A DNA stretch of 63,856 bases, filler included, from Octopus bimaculoides (Eukaryota): the NCBI RefSeq assembly GCF_001194135.2. It is 5 parts of 4 records of this genome, joined end to end, with 100 filler letters (N's around TTAATTAATTAA, not from the genome) between each part and the next. Parts side by side here need not be neighbours in the genome. Positions count along the whole stretch, not along the records: positions 62,819 to 63,856 come from NC_068981.1; 4 more parts are not named here. One strand, given 5' to 3'. This document shows positions 63,591 through 63,856 of the stretch, in pieces. The notes under the pieces are model-generated. The model was given only the letters and a program-made list of their open reading frames with translations, searched no databases and had not been told where the DNA came from. Each line of letters begins with the position of its first letter. Position 1 is the stretch's first letter. The position numbers were made by a program, and so were the translations under genes.

Positions 63591-63856
63591 TGCATCTTAT
63601 GTAGCAGAGTGGGTTGCTTAGCCAATGAACTCACTCAGCATTATAGGTTCCACCATCTAGATAGTTGGCCTGCTGCAAGTTATGGTTGCTGTGGAATGAC
63701 ATGTAAGTTCCTTGCAGGCCTAAGGTGCCATATCAGACATCATCAGCGATGGAATGACCAAGCTTGAGATAAAGTGAAACGGGCTCAGTAATGCTTTTCT
63801 CTGTCACGAGTCGATCTTGAACATGAATCGATACATATACATACATATATACATAT

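Overview
AT-rich eukaryotic sequence saturated with microsatellites and repeats, with many N gaps. The repeat families look like those of Octopus; this is pattern recognition, not a database result. The only host coding sequence I can support is three minus-strand exons (58400-57953, 54183-54083, 49989-49765). They have GT/AG sites and matching phases, and splice into the GAIN/GPS region plus first transmembrane helix of a polycystin-1-like (PKD1L/REJ family) protein. Its GPS motif lacks the canonical His-Leu|Thr/Ser autoproteolysis site. No PLAT-domain or upstream exons could be identified. The three exons lie on a segment bounded by two artificial 100-bp scaffold spacers (44 N + TTAATTAATTAA + 44 N). 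The rest is mobile DNA: at least 8 fragments of R4/Dong-like retrotransposons with a restriction-like endonuclease (RLE), most stacked in (TAA)n arrays; an RTE-type LINE with a PHD finger just after the RT core; Penelope-like relics; four minimal hammerhead-ribozyme-like motifs, two with a U at the A6 core position; Tc1/mariner relics; a hAT-like MITE carrying a perfect 34-bp inverted repeat with octamer and CCAAT boxes; a Helentron-like non-autonomous element; a 182-bp fold-back MITE; and many tRNA-derived SINEs. Most long ORFs in the supplied track are artefacts of microsatellites or N gaps.
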